Below are positions 50,446 through 61,520 of a stretch of DNA of 64,000 bases, in pieces. Origin of the DNA: Lama guanicoe (taxonomy: Eukaryota); the NCBI GenBank assembly GCA_013239625.1, contig MU053561.1:3899312-3963311 (forward strand), read 5' to 3'. The notes beneath the pieces are model-generated. The model ran no database searches. It was not told the DNA's origin and worked only from the letters and a program-made list of their open reading frames with translations. Each line of letters begins with the position of its first letter. Positions within the stretch are counted from its first letter, which is position 1. A program made the translations under genes and the position numbers.

Positions 50446-51719
50446 GGCCAAAGCAAATCCACTCTTACGACTGGACAACTCAGTGCTCCTGTCCTTCCAA
50501 GTGGACCGGGTCCCTTTTTTTTGTCTTTGTTTCAGGCCTTGTCTCCACACATGTTTCAGGGTTCTCGATTTGTTTTTTTTTCAAACACATCGTGTTCTTA
50601 TTCTTTCATGCCATTTCTGACTATAGCTTCTCAAAATATGCTCCTCATTCCTTTGTCAAGCAAGATGGGGAGGTCAGGCCACATCAGTAACAGCAAGACT
50701 TTGAGCTGATGTTAGTCCTACGATGGGTACATCATTATCCTGGGAACAGCAGGTGAGCGTGCCCACACCTTGGACACCTCCCTCTCTTTTGATCGGTGCT
50801 GAAAAGAAGGGAAAGCACTGTGGCTTCATGTTTTATGTCTTTGTCTTCCCTTGCAGCTTCTGCCCCATCTATGTGGCCACTTTCAACAGGACTAAATGCA
50901 AATACTTTATTCTGACATGATCCCTTAGGAATCAAAGCAAAGTCTGATTCACTTAACTCAATCAATTGCTAGAATGTTCGCTTTGGAATCACACAGCTGA
51001 TTTACATATGGTAAGTAAAACAAAAATTAGCAAATATTTTCTGAACTTGTAAAATGTTTTTAAGACACTCGGATGAGTCAGTGTTTAATCCTTTCTTCCA
51101 TAAATAGGACAAAAGATCTTTGCCATGTTTTCCCTTAAGTAAATATATTTTAAAACTGTGCCTACACAGTGTTTCAATTTGCTTTCCAGCTGTCACTACA
51201 AATGGACGTAGCAGCTGGAATGAAGGATAACACATCACACCTCAACTTTGAATTTCCTGCCTTTTGTTTTCTTGAATCCTAGCCTTGATGTTGTTTAAAT
51301 AGTGCTCTGTCTATTTAATTTCCTTTTTCTCTTCACAAAGACCAAACCATTTTTAAAAATCACCCCATCTTTCACAGTGGGTTATAAAAGTGTTCTTCAG
51401 CTGAAATTGAACTAGTCTCTTATTTAAACATGTAAATATGTATTTAGGCATTTTAATCCACTGTCATTTATTTTATTCATTGCCGGCTTGGGCAGAACTG
51501 TATTTGTGCACATTTTATCCACGTCACGTGCTTTGCAGTTAAAGATAACCCCGCTGATAGTGACTGCTAATTGTGTGCACAAATGGTTGGGCAAAGAACA
51601 CGCATCTTCCAAGGTACATGTACACAAGTTCTGTTCTTCGCTGTTTGCAGACTGTATCATTTACGACTCTCTGTGTTCATCTCAGATCCTCCCTAAAGGG
51701 TCACAGGTATGTGGCGTTA

Positions 51720-53870
51720 CAAGGATACTGAGATATTATTTGGCCCAGCTACTCAAAAGAAGTAGGCACCCACCATTCTCTGGACTCTCTTCCAGTGACA
51801 TGACATTCAGCTCTTCAGAAAGGGAGCCCATTGCACTGCCATTTATCTCTAAGTATTAAAAATTTCTTCCTTCTATTGAGCCAAAGTTTTCTTTCTTCTA
51901 ACCTCCACCTGTTGATAGCACCCTTTAGACCCACACAGAATGTGTACAAGGAAGTCTTAGGAGACAATTCTTACACCTTCTCTTTTTTTCTTCTCCAAAT
52001 GAAAATTTCTCATTTCTTTCAGCAGTTCCTCACTCTCCTGATAACTGGCTCTCAACCCACATCAATGCGTCAACTTTTCTCTTTTGAGTAGTTCTTTTTT
52101 ATAATTGAAGTAGAGTTGATTTATAATATTATATTAGCTTCAGGTATACAGAATAGTGATTCACTATTTTTATAGATTGGGAAAACTATACAGCTACATG
52201 TAAAAGAATGATATTAGAATGTATCCTTGTCCCACACACAAAAACAAACGCAAAATGGATTAAAGACTTAAATAAGACAAGAAGAAGTCATAAAACTCCT
52301 AGAACAGAACATAGGCAGAAAACTCCTTGGTATAAATCATAGCAGTATATTTTTGGATGCCTCCCAAGGCAAAAGAAATAAAAGCAAAAATTAATAAATG
52401 TGACCTAATTAAACTTCAAAGCTTTTGCACAGCAAAGGAAACCACTGACAAAATGAAAAGACAACTTACTGAATGCAAGAAAATATTTGCAAATAATATG
52501 ACCTATAAGGGGTTAATATCCAAAATATATAAACAGCTCATACAAATCAATATCAGGAAAATAAATAACCTGACTTTAAAATGGGCAGAAGACCTGAATA
52601 GACATTTTTCCAAAGAAACAAACAGATGGCCAACAAGCACAGCATCATGCTCACATCATTAATCATCAGAGAGATGCAAATCAAAACCACAGTGAGATAC
52701 CACTTCACACCTGTCAGAATGGCTATTATCAAAGAGTCCAAATAACAAACGGAGAGTATGTGGAGAAAAGGGAACCCTCATACACTGTTGGTAGGAATGT
52801 AAACTGGTGCAGCCACTATGGAAAATAGTATGGAGGTTCCTTGAAAAACTAAAAATGTAGTTACCATGTGATCCACCAATCCCATCCCCGTTATATAGCT
52901 AAAAAAAAAATGAAAACACTAATTCAGAAAGATACATGCACCTCAATGTTCATTGCAGCATTATTTATAATAGCCAAGACATGGAAACAACCCAAATATC
53001 CATCAACAGATGAATGGATAAAAAAGATCTGACATATATAGATATAGATGTATACACACACATATACCCACAATGGAATATTACTCAGCCATAAAAAATG
53101 AAATTCTGCCATTTGCCACAATGTGGATGGACTTAGAAAGTATTGTGTCTAGTGGAATAAGTCAGACAGAGAAAGACAAACACTGTATGTTCTGACATAT
53201 GTCTTTTGAGTAGTTCTTAAAACAACTCATGCAGTCTGGCCAGTGCAGTGATACAAAGGAACTTACACATTCCTTTCTTCTTCTTTCCTCTAATGTGGTC
53301 TTTCTAGTGACTTGCCAGTTTTGACAACCAAGTTGCTTTCTTGAACTCATAATTAACTTATATTTCAAAGTTTTGTGTGTTTTCATAAACGGTTAAGTCA
53401 TATGCATTCCATTTAGTATTTTTACACTCGACTACTGGAACTAAAACATAGGACTTTGCATTTAAATCTCATCTTGTTTCTTTCTTCCTATTCGTTGTTC
53501 TGGAGTTATCTTTTGCCAATTGCATCAACAGACATATTGATTCTCTCTTCAAGCTTACTTTCAGCTGAAAAGCTACCAAGTATACCCTTTATGTCTTCAT
53601 TTAAGCCATTGATGAAAACATTGCATAGGTTGGGGATCAGTATGGAAATCCTTGTCATGCCATTAAAGACTCCTTTCCCTCCGCAAGTTTGTATCAATCC
53701 ATTAATCAACAAGACCCACTTAATGGTCCTTCAACCAGCTATCTCTGGCCTAATTTCTGTCCTGTTCAAAAAGGTTTAATGAGAGACTTTGTCAAATGCT
53801 TTACTCAAACGCTATGTCTAAACAGCGCTTTCTTGACATATGACTTAATATCCCCATCAAGAGTTAATTA
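51720..53870 (-). mobile_element. CR1/L3 LINE fossil with RT remnant, split by an L1 insertion
   Basis: Minus strand KAFDKVSH at 53779-53802; ORF 53506-53712 GMTRISILIPNLCNVFINGLNEDIKGILGSFSAESKL aligns by eye to CR1 [37 protein letters not shown]; left part (51720-52080) is less certain. Confidence 0.8.
52097..53201 (-). mobile_element. L1 insertion with 5' inversion (twin priming)
   Basis: Perfect 17-bp TSD tcttttgagtagttctt at 52080-52096 and 53202-53218; 52097-52178 is the L1 3' terminus on minus; 52179-53201 is ORF2 C-terminus/3' UTR on plus (ORF 52357-52662 [25 protein letters not shown]). Confidence 0.95.
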
Positions 53871-53939
53871 GATGCCCTTCTAAGGCTTTGATGGTAAACT
53901 ATACTTACTCTGGTTTCTAGAAGAAAGTGCTCACCAGCA

Positions 53940-55490
53940 ATATCAAGAGCAGAGTGACCTTGGTATTGGAAGAAGCTTCTTTTGAGATGAAGCAGGAGAA
54001 TCTAGATTTTAGTGGCTGGAGGAAAGGCCAGAAGGTAAGCAAGTGGAAACAGCACGGACTGATAGTTCTCACCAAGGCTGACTGGCGAGAAGGCTAGACA
54101 GCGTAGAAAGTCAAGGAGTTTTTTGCTTGTTTTGTAGGATAGGCTTGATTTGCACATGGTTACCGGCTGGGGAGAGGACGCCAGTTGAAAGAAAAAGAAT
54201 CTTCTGGAATTACAGAAGAGAAAGAGGATAACTAAGCAAGAACAGTACCCAAGAATAGTCAGGAGGTAGGAGGGGGCTCAAAAGGAAAAAAGAGGAACTT
54301 CTGTTCCTTACCAGTCTGACCTATCCTTGATGACAAGGGAAGTATGGTACCTACCTTTGCGCATGGTGAATAAATGTGGAGACCATTTTCTAGGGTGGAA
54401 AGAAAAGGAGAAAAGATGATGTGAGTAGATGCTGGTAGATAAGGGGCAGCAAACGATGAGCTCCATGTTTTCTGTCACATAGGCAATGATGACATCTTCT
54501 GGTGGGGAACAGTCTAGGGTTGAACAGGGAGCTTGAGAGCAGCAGTTGAAGGGGAATCCAAAGGGCGCAGACCAGGATTAGTGTAAATATAATTGCTGGA
54601 GTCAAGACAGGAGCTTATTATTCACAATTATACAATTAAATGCAAAATTATACAAATAAATGTATTCATTAAGCACCTATTATGTGCCAGGCACTGTTCT
54701 AGGTGCTGAAGATAGAGCCAAGAATAGAACAGACATTTTCCCTGCCTTCCCCAAGCTCACATTTTAGTGGAAGAGAAAATCAAGTAAACAGATACAGACA
54801 ATTCTGATAGATGAAATTTTAGGAAAGAAGTTAGCACAGTGATGTAATAGATATTGACTAGGAGGTAGAAGAGAACACTATTTGGATACAAAGTGGTCAG
54901 GAAACCATCACTTAAAAAGTAGCATGTGAGTCAAATCCTGGAGCTGGGGGAAAGGCAGTGGTGTTCTGATGAATTGGCTCTCAAAAAAGAGAAAAATAAA
55001 GAAAGCTCTGATTTATAGCTTTGCTGATTTTCATAGTGTAAATACACCACAGCCTATTTCCAGATACTAATATGACATCACCGAATGCAGAGCTGGGAAG
55101 AAAGGTGCACATCTGGAACAGAGGAGAAAAACCAGAGATGGAGATACAATTTGCACGTCTTCTGCATCAAGATGGGGGGTGAACAGTGTGACTGGTTGGG
55201 ATTGTGTAGAGAGAGTGTATTGATAGAGGAAAGATCAATCCCTGAAGAACTTAAGCATTTAGTGGTCAGCATTTGCTGACCAATGAAGTAACAGAGAAAC
55301 AGGTCATTGTGCTGTCAGTAAAGCTGGGAGGAGGAAGTACTTCAAGAAGGAGGAGTAGTCAACCGTGTTGAATGCCGCTGAAAGGTCAAGTAATATGAAG
55401 ACGGAGATGTGCCCAGAGGACAAAGCAACACGGAGGTCCTGGGTAGCCTTGATGAGAGACACTTCAGGGGCTGGTGATGCAGAATGAATG
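53940..55490 (-). mobile_element. L2 LINE fragments including an RT remnant
   Basis: ORF 55304-55630 contains SLIKATQDLRVALSSGHISVFILLDLSAAFNTVD (L2 RT motif LLDLSAAFDTVDH); L2 tail at ~54660 tgtattcattaagcacctattatgtgccaggcactgttctagg. Confidence 0.85.
54955..55112. mobile_element. MER63-like hAT remnant inserted in L2
   Basis: cagtggtgttctgatgaattggctctc...tttgctgattttcatagtgtaaatacacc...gacatcaccgaatgcagagctgggaag; similar to the 37890 copy. Confidence 0.7.
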
Positions 55491-56029
55491 AGGGCAACAA
55501 CACTGACTCTGACATGGCAAAGAAAAGCTGGCTTAGCCCGCTCCATCCCAGAGTCAGTCTCTCCTCTGGAGACGCTGGTGCAGTCCTCGGGGGAAGACAG
55601 CAGGAGGCCGACAGTCAGTCTCAGCACCACCCACTAAACAGCTGCACAATTCCAAGAAGCCAGGTAACACCTCTGGACCCTCATGTTCTCATCAATAAAA
55701 TAAGTTGCGCTGAAATTCTATATACTCATTTATTCATTCTGCAAATAAGTATCAAGCAGCTATTTTATGACAGATCCTGGATAAGAAAAAGACCATGTCC
55801 TGCCCTTGAATAACTGTCTCTAGTTCACTGACCTGCATTATAAACTTCTCATGTGTATACATGTGGCTCAGTTTCCCAACGGGATGGTGGGGTCCTTGAG
55901 GATGTATTTTTCTCCTCTTGGTGACCCCCACAGGGCCTAGTGCAATGCCCGGCATATATTGTGTAGTTAATATCAAGGTAATGAATATGCTGCTATACTA
56001 TTAAAAATAATATTTATTAATTTCTGACT

Positions 56030-56220
56030 CATGTACAAATCCTGACTCTGCCCGTCATCATTTGGCAAATTACTATGGCAAATTATTTGGGCAAATTATT
56101 TTAAACTCTCTGTGCTCCAGTTTCCCTAACTATAAAAGGGGATAATAATAGTATCTACATTATAATATGCCATAAAGATTAAAATAGGTGCCTGGCACGT
56201 AATAAGCTATTAGTAGTAAT
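56030..56220 (+). mobile_element. MIR SINE with internal 13-bp-period triplication
   Basis: ctctctgtgctccagtttccctaactataaaagggataataatagtatctac; ggcaaatta at 56064, 56077 and 56090. Confidence 0.8.
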
Positions 56221-56689
56221 AATATGTGCTCTCAGTAGAAAATTCAGAAAAATCAGAATTTATGAAGAAGTGAATTAACTTAGTCATGACTTCACAACTA
56301 GAGGTGACCATTGTTAATATTTTGACGTATGTCCTTCTCACTCTTCTCTTTGCATGATGCAAATAATTACACCCTAAACTCAAGTGGCTCAAATGGCAGT
56401 TCCACATGATGGTACTGTTGTTGAAAATATTGTGTAGAGCTCTTGTAATAATGCCTTTGATTTTCCCTTCCACAAAATAGAGTGACACTATGTTCATTCT
56501 ATTCTGTTTCCAGAAATGTGCATATTAAAAGCTACCAGTTATTGAGTCTTTGCAGTTTGAGCATTTTGTGTACATTACCCTACTGACTCATCACAATGAC
56601 CCACTGTGGGAGGTATTATCCCCATTTTATTGAAGAGGAAAAGAGAGTCAGAGAACATGGCGTTATTATCATTCATTAATATCCAGTTG

Positions 56690-57048
56690 TGCTCTCTTTC
56701 TGGGCTCACGTGAGTCATTATTCTCCGCCATACTGATATTAGTTGTGGCCATACCAATTTTGGTCAGTGAAGCATGGGTAGAAGTGATGAGTGTTACCTC
56801 TGGATGGGAACATATAATTCCCGATGCTTAAGTCTCCACCAGGCTTTCCTCAGCCACGGTGATCATGGAAACCAGCATGGATATGGAGACTTAATGCTGA
56901 GCTGTGTGCGGAGAGCAGCTGTGCTGGAGTGTTGCCAAACCTCAGTCAGACTTTGCCTGTGCAAGAAGTAAAGCTTTCTTGTTGCAAGCCACTGAAACGT
57001 TGAGACTGTTTGTTACCACAGCATAGCTTGACCTATCCTGACTAAGGC
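56690..57048 (+). mobile_element. MaLR LTR (MLT1 family) inserted into a MIR
   Basis: 3' end gttgcaagccactgaaacgttgagactgtttgttaccacagcatagcttgacctatcctgactaa; reverse MIR halves at ~56530-56660 and ~57050-57140. Confidence 0.75.
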
Positions 57049-59029
57049 AGAGGACTTAAAAGACTCCCCAAGATTACAGAGCTTGTAATTAGAGCAGCAA
57101 GGATTTAGACTCAGATCTGTATGGAGCCCAGGTTCAATCGTTTACCTAAGATGGGTCAGGCAAAGATTTTTGTGAGAGACGGAAAACAAACCTACTGTAA
57201 CAATTACTGTCATCAGCTTTCTTATGTCGCCTTGAATATGGTAATGATAGCATCGTCTTTGCAGTTGTATGGCATTTCTCCAGATCTGCACATGTTGGGG
57301 GAAAAATAAGCAAAACCTTACCAATTATGGTGGGATACGTGTTTCCAACATTGTGAGAGAATAAGGAAAAGTCATGTTAAATTTATGAAGCAAGGAGAGT
57401 TGGTGGCAAAGCTTGAAAAACAAGAAGCATCTAAATGAAATAGTGCAAATTTAAAACTTCTACCCAGCAAGAAGTTCCAATAATAAATCCTTCAGTGGAA
57501 CCTCTGGGAGGCCAATCTAAGCCTCTTTGGGAAACAAAGGTGGTAAAACTGATAAGTCAGGCAGCTGGATAAAAGGCTTTGAAGACAGACATCACTGAAC
57601 ACTCAACCAGGATGAGTGGTTAAAACAGGCTGAAATAGACAGAATACAAAAGCAGTCATAGTTTTCAGATTATGACTGTTAAAACAGTATGAAGTCCTAT
57701 AGTATATGATAAAACTATGACAGGAGCTCTGTAACTTGTAGGAAGAGTCCTGCACTACTGGCACCTGACTGCTGGGGTATCTTTTCCAAAACCTGTGGCA
57801 GAAGCCCTGTGGTTATTATCATTTGTCGATTTCATCCATCATGGTGGAAAGCACTGAGTTTGAATACAGTTCCTGAATTATTCAAAGAAATTAAAAACAG
57901 CATCTTTTAAGTGTCTCTAACCCTTCAGCACAACCTGATCAAAGCAGGCACTTCTTCAAGTCAGAGCATTAGTAACAAGGAAAAGAGATCTTTTTCTTAG
58001 GTCAGTAGACAAAGATGTAAATAGCTCCAGCTCCCCATTTCTTTATTCTCCCAGCTCTGATCCCAGGACAGGATATTGTCATGGTCCTTAGAGATGGGTG
58101 ACAAATGAGGTGCTAATGGATCCCTTGGACTAAAGTTCAGACGCATGTGGGTTTTTGCCAAAGCTTTTGTCCAGAGAGAACCAAAGGAGCAGGAGTGGGT
58201 CTTGGTGCATCATCTGAGCAGAATGAATGTAGCATCAACTGCAGTAACCCGGGCTGTGACTAGGTTCTGGCATCTCCTGGCCCCTCATCAGCTCCACTGA
58301 TGAGAAACAGGCCTCCCTTTCATGAGGTCGTCTCCACTGTGGCTCTTACATCAGAATCAGAGGTTTCATCAGTGCTGGCTTGATTGCCTTATCTGATATA
58401 AGCCATTTATATTCAAAAATTAAAGCATGTATGTGGTCAAGTTGTGCAGAGCATTACAAGGCTGTCTGTAATTTCCTGGCTAAACTAACACATACTCAAA
58501 TGCTAAGCTTAAACATATTCAAAATAATGTTCACTCCACCTTTTCTCAACGGGAGACAATCATAATACTTCATAAGAAATTCCTCACAATGAAGAGGTGT
58601 TTTTGCCATCTTGATGGAGTCTCCTTCTGTGCAAGTGAAAAATATTTTACTCTCTCAACAGCCCTTCATATGGGTGTAAAGAGAACCCTACGTACCAGAG
58701 CGCTGTGCACAATTTTCTAGCTCTGCAGTCAGAAGCGCAGCTTTCAGTTTTGGTCCCACAGGATTCCAAGGACACAGAGCATGTTCCTAATTTATAGCCT
58801 TGTGATGTTCAATCCCCCCAGCAAAAAGTCAGAACTTACCTGTCATCTGAGTTCTTATTCTTTCCAGTCTCAGCACTTCTCTGTACTGAAAGAATATCTC
58901 AATTTCTGTGCAGGCAGGGAGTCTATAAAGAATCCAAGCTCATTCAACAAACGTTTATTAAACACATTCTATTTGCTGGCCTTGTGCTAGATAAGTAGGG
59001 CCCCAAATTCAAATCATACCTCTTGGCAA

Positions 59030-59240
59030 ACATGTAGTCTGAACTTGGAGTTGGACAGAACCTGGCTGGAATGTTGGCTCTGCTTTTTACTGGTGGTGTG
59101 ACTTTGTGCTAGAAACTTAATGTTCCCAAGCTTTTGTCCTCTCATCTGTAAATGTGGACAATAAAAGTAGCCATTTCCCAGGTCATGTAAATATTTAATG
59201 ATTGACATAGTGAGTTAGAACGATGCCTGACCCGTAAGAT
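59030..59240 (+). mobile_element. MIR SINE
   Basis: ttggagttggacagaacctggctggaatgttggctctgc...ctctcatctgtaaatgtggacaataaaagtagcc. Confidence 0.75.
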
Positions 59241-60339
59241 CTTATTATTCTTCTTCTCATCTTATGGAGAAACTGAAGACAAAAGAGGTGAAGTAATTGG
59301 CACATAGGAGCCAGAGCTTGAACTTAAACTAGGTTTTTCTGAAACCATGCTATGTCCTGCTTCTTCCTGAGAAGTGTCAGCATCTTAGAAGGCCCAGGTT
59401 TTTCCATCTCTCCACTTTGGCGCCCACAGTGGCTGTTTCATCTTAAGCCTGGCTCACAACACGACACAGTTATAGGATGGCTGTTATAGACGTTAGGACT
59501 GTATGCTTCCTTGCTCCCACCCTCTTGGGGAAACAATGATGGACCTTAGGTGTCTTTCATTTAAGAGCAAGAAGAAGCTTTCCCAGGAAACCTCTCCTGG
59601 CATCGTTTTAGTCAGAACTGAGTCCCATGGCCATTGAGCCCATTGCTTATAAGGGGCATGGAGAGGTCCTTGGAGTTTGGGGGCCTTTGGGATTTTCAGG
59701 ACGTTTCCTTCCTTCATTACTTACTTAATTATATTATTAAAACCTTTAAGATTGGGAAGACTTAAGTATGTTTAACAATGGATGGTTCAAGCTGTGATGT
59801 TAGATAATTGACTGTAACAGAGAAAGATGGTAAAATTGATAGAATAATGTTTCCAAGAATGCAGGAGGGGATAGGAGCCAAAGCGGGGACTGGCCTTAGG
59901 TAGGCGGACCCCTCCTCCTTTATAGCGGGAGACAAGGAGGAGCAGATGGGTCCCAGGCTGGCAGGTGACTCTAGCCACCATTGTTCCCTTCTGCAGTCTG
60001 AGCGGGGCACCACTGCGTGCTTTCAGCCTCATTTACTTCCACAGGGACAAGTTCTGCCAAGCCCTGCCAAGAAACTACCAAAAGGTGTGTCCTTATCCAG
60101 AGTGCCAGATTTCCTAGTTGGGTTTTTCCTATCCGGGTTGCACACCATAGAGCATACCTAAGAAGCGATTTGGTTTCCTCTTTGGATAATGCCACCTCAT
60201 GGCAAGCTCTGGCTCTGCTTTGGGCCACGTGTCCCAAAGGTCTAGGCACAGGCTTGTGAGGTAAGATAAATGAATAAAGCTAGGAATGCCCCCTCCATAC
60301 TTACCAAAGTTCTGTTAAGGAAAGCTATCGCTCCCAAGA

Positions 60340-61520
60340 CATGTATTCATTATAAAGAGAAAAACAGTAACTTTGCAGTGGAAAAATATGGTAGACACCT
60401 CTTAACCAACTGATCAAGGTTAACAATCACCAGTAATAAGACATACTGACTTCATGTACTTCCTGATATGCCAAACTCAGAGGGGCACATCATTCCTATG
60501 GTATTCATACCAAAAGCGCTTGCCACAACCTCATCATGAGAAGATGTCAGACCAACTCAGATCAAGAGCCATTCTACAGAAAAATGACCAGTAGTCTTTA
60601 GAACAGTTGAGGTTGTTCAAATGTCCTTCAAAGGAAGAATGCTTAAATAAACTGGGTTACATCGTGCCACAGAACACTCAGCAAGAAAAATGAACAAACA
60701 ATTGATTAATGCAACAACTTGGATGGACCTCAAGGGGATTTTGCTGAGTGAAAAAAAAAAATCTTGAGAGGTCACATACTGTAAGAGTCTATTTATATGG
60801 CATTCTTGAAATGGCAAAACTATAGAGATAGAGAACAGAGTCATGGTTGCCAGGGGTTAGGGAGTGGGAGAGGAAGGGAGGTTACTGTGGCTCCCTCCCG
60901 TGCACCTCGAGGGGTCCTTGTGATGGAACAGTCTTTTGGCAGCGGTCACACAAATCCACGTGTGATAAAATTGCATAGCACTAAACACACACACACACAC
61001 ACACTCCCAGATATTCCTAAGTCCATATAAAACTGGTGAAATCTGAATCAAGTCCATGGATTGCAGAAGCCAATTTCCTGATCGTGATTGTGTGCTATAG
61101 TTACACAAGATGCTGCCACTGAGGGGAAACCAGGTGAAGTGAACAGGGATCTCTCTGTATTATTTCTTACCAATGCCTATGAATCTACAGTTATCTCCAA
61201 ATAAGAAGTTTTTAAAAGCATGTTAAGGCTGTAAAAGTCAAGGGAAGATTTAGGAGCAGCCCCAGATTAAAGGAGACCGAAGAGTCATCCTAACGAAATA
61301 CAATATAAGAGCCTGGATTGCAGGCTGAGTCAGAAGAAGCACTAGATCGGGGTAAAGTTTGCATTTGGTTCATGGTGCTGAACCAATGTTCACTTCTTAG
61401 TTTAGATCAATGTGTGATTGTTATATAAGATAGTAACTTTAGGGGAAGCTAGATGAAGAAAGCTCGCCGCTATTTTTGCAACTTTTTCTGTAAGTTTAGA
61501 GTAATTTCAAAATTTGAAAA
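60340..61520 (+). mobile_element. L1MD/ME-like 3' UTR interrupted by an L1MC-like 3' end (60617-61221)
   Basis: Outer: aaaacagtaactttgcagtggaaaaa...cttaaccaactgatcaaggttaaca and cccagattaaaggagacc; inner: gcaacaacttggatggacctcaaggggattttgctgagtgaaaaaa...tgaatctacagttatctccaaataagaagttt. Confidence 0.8.
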
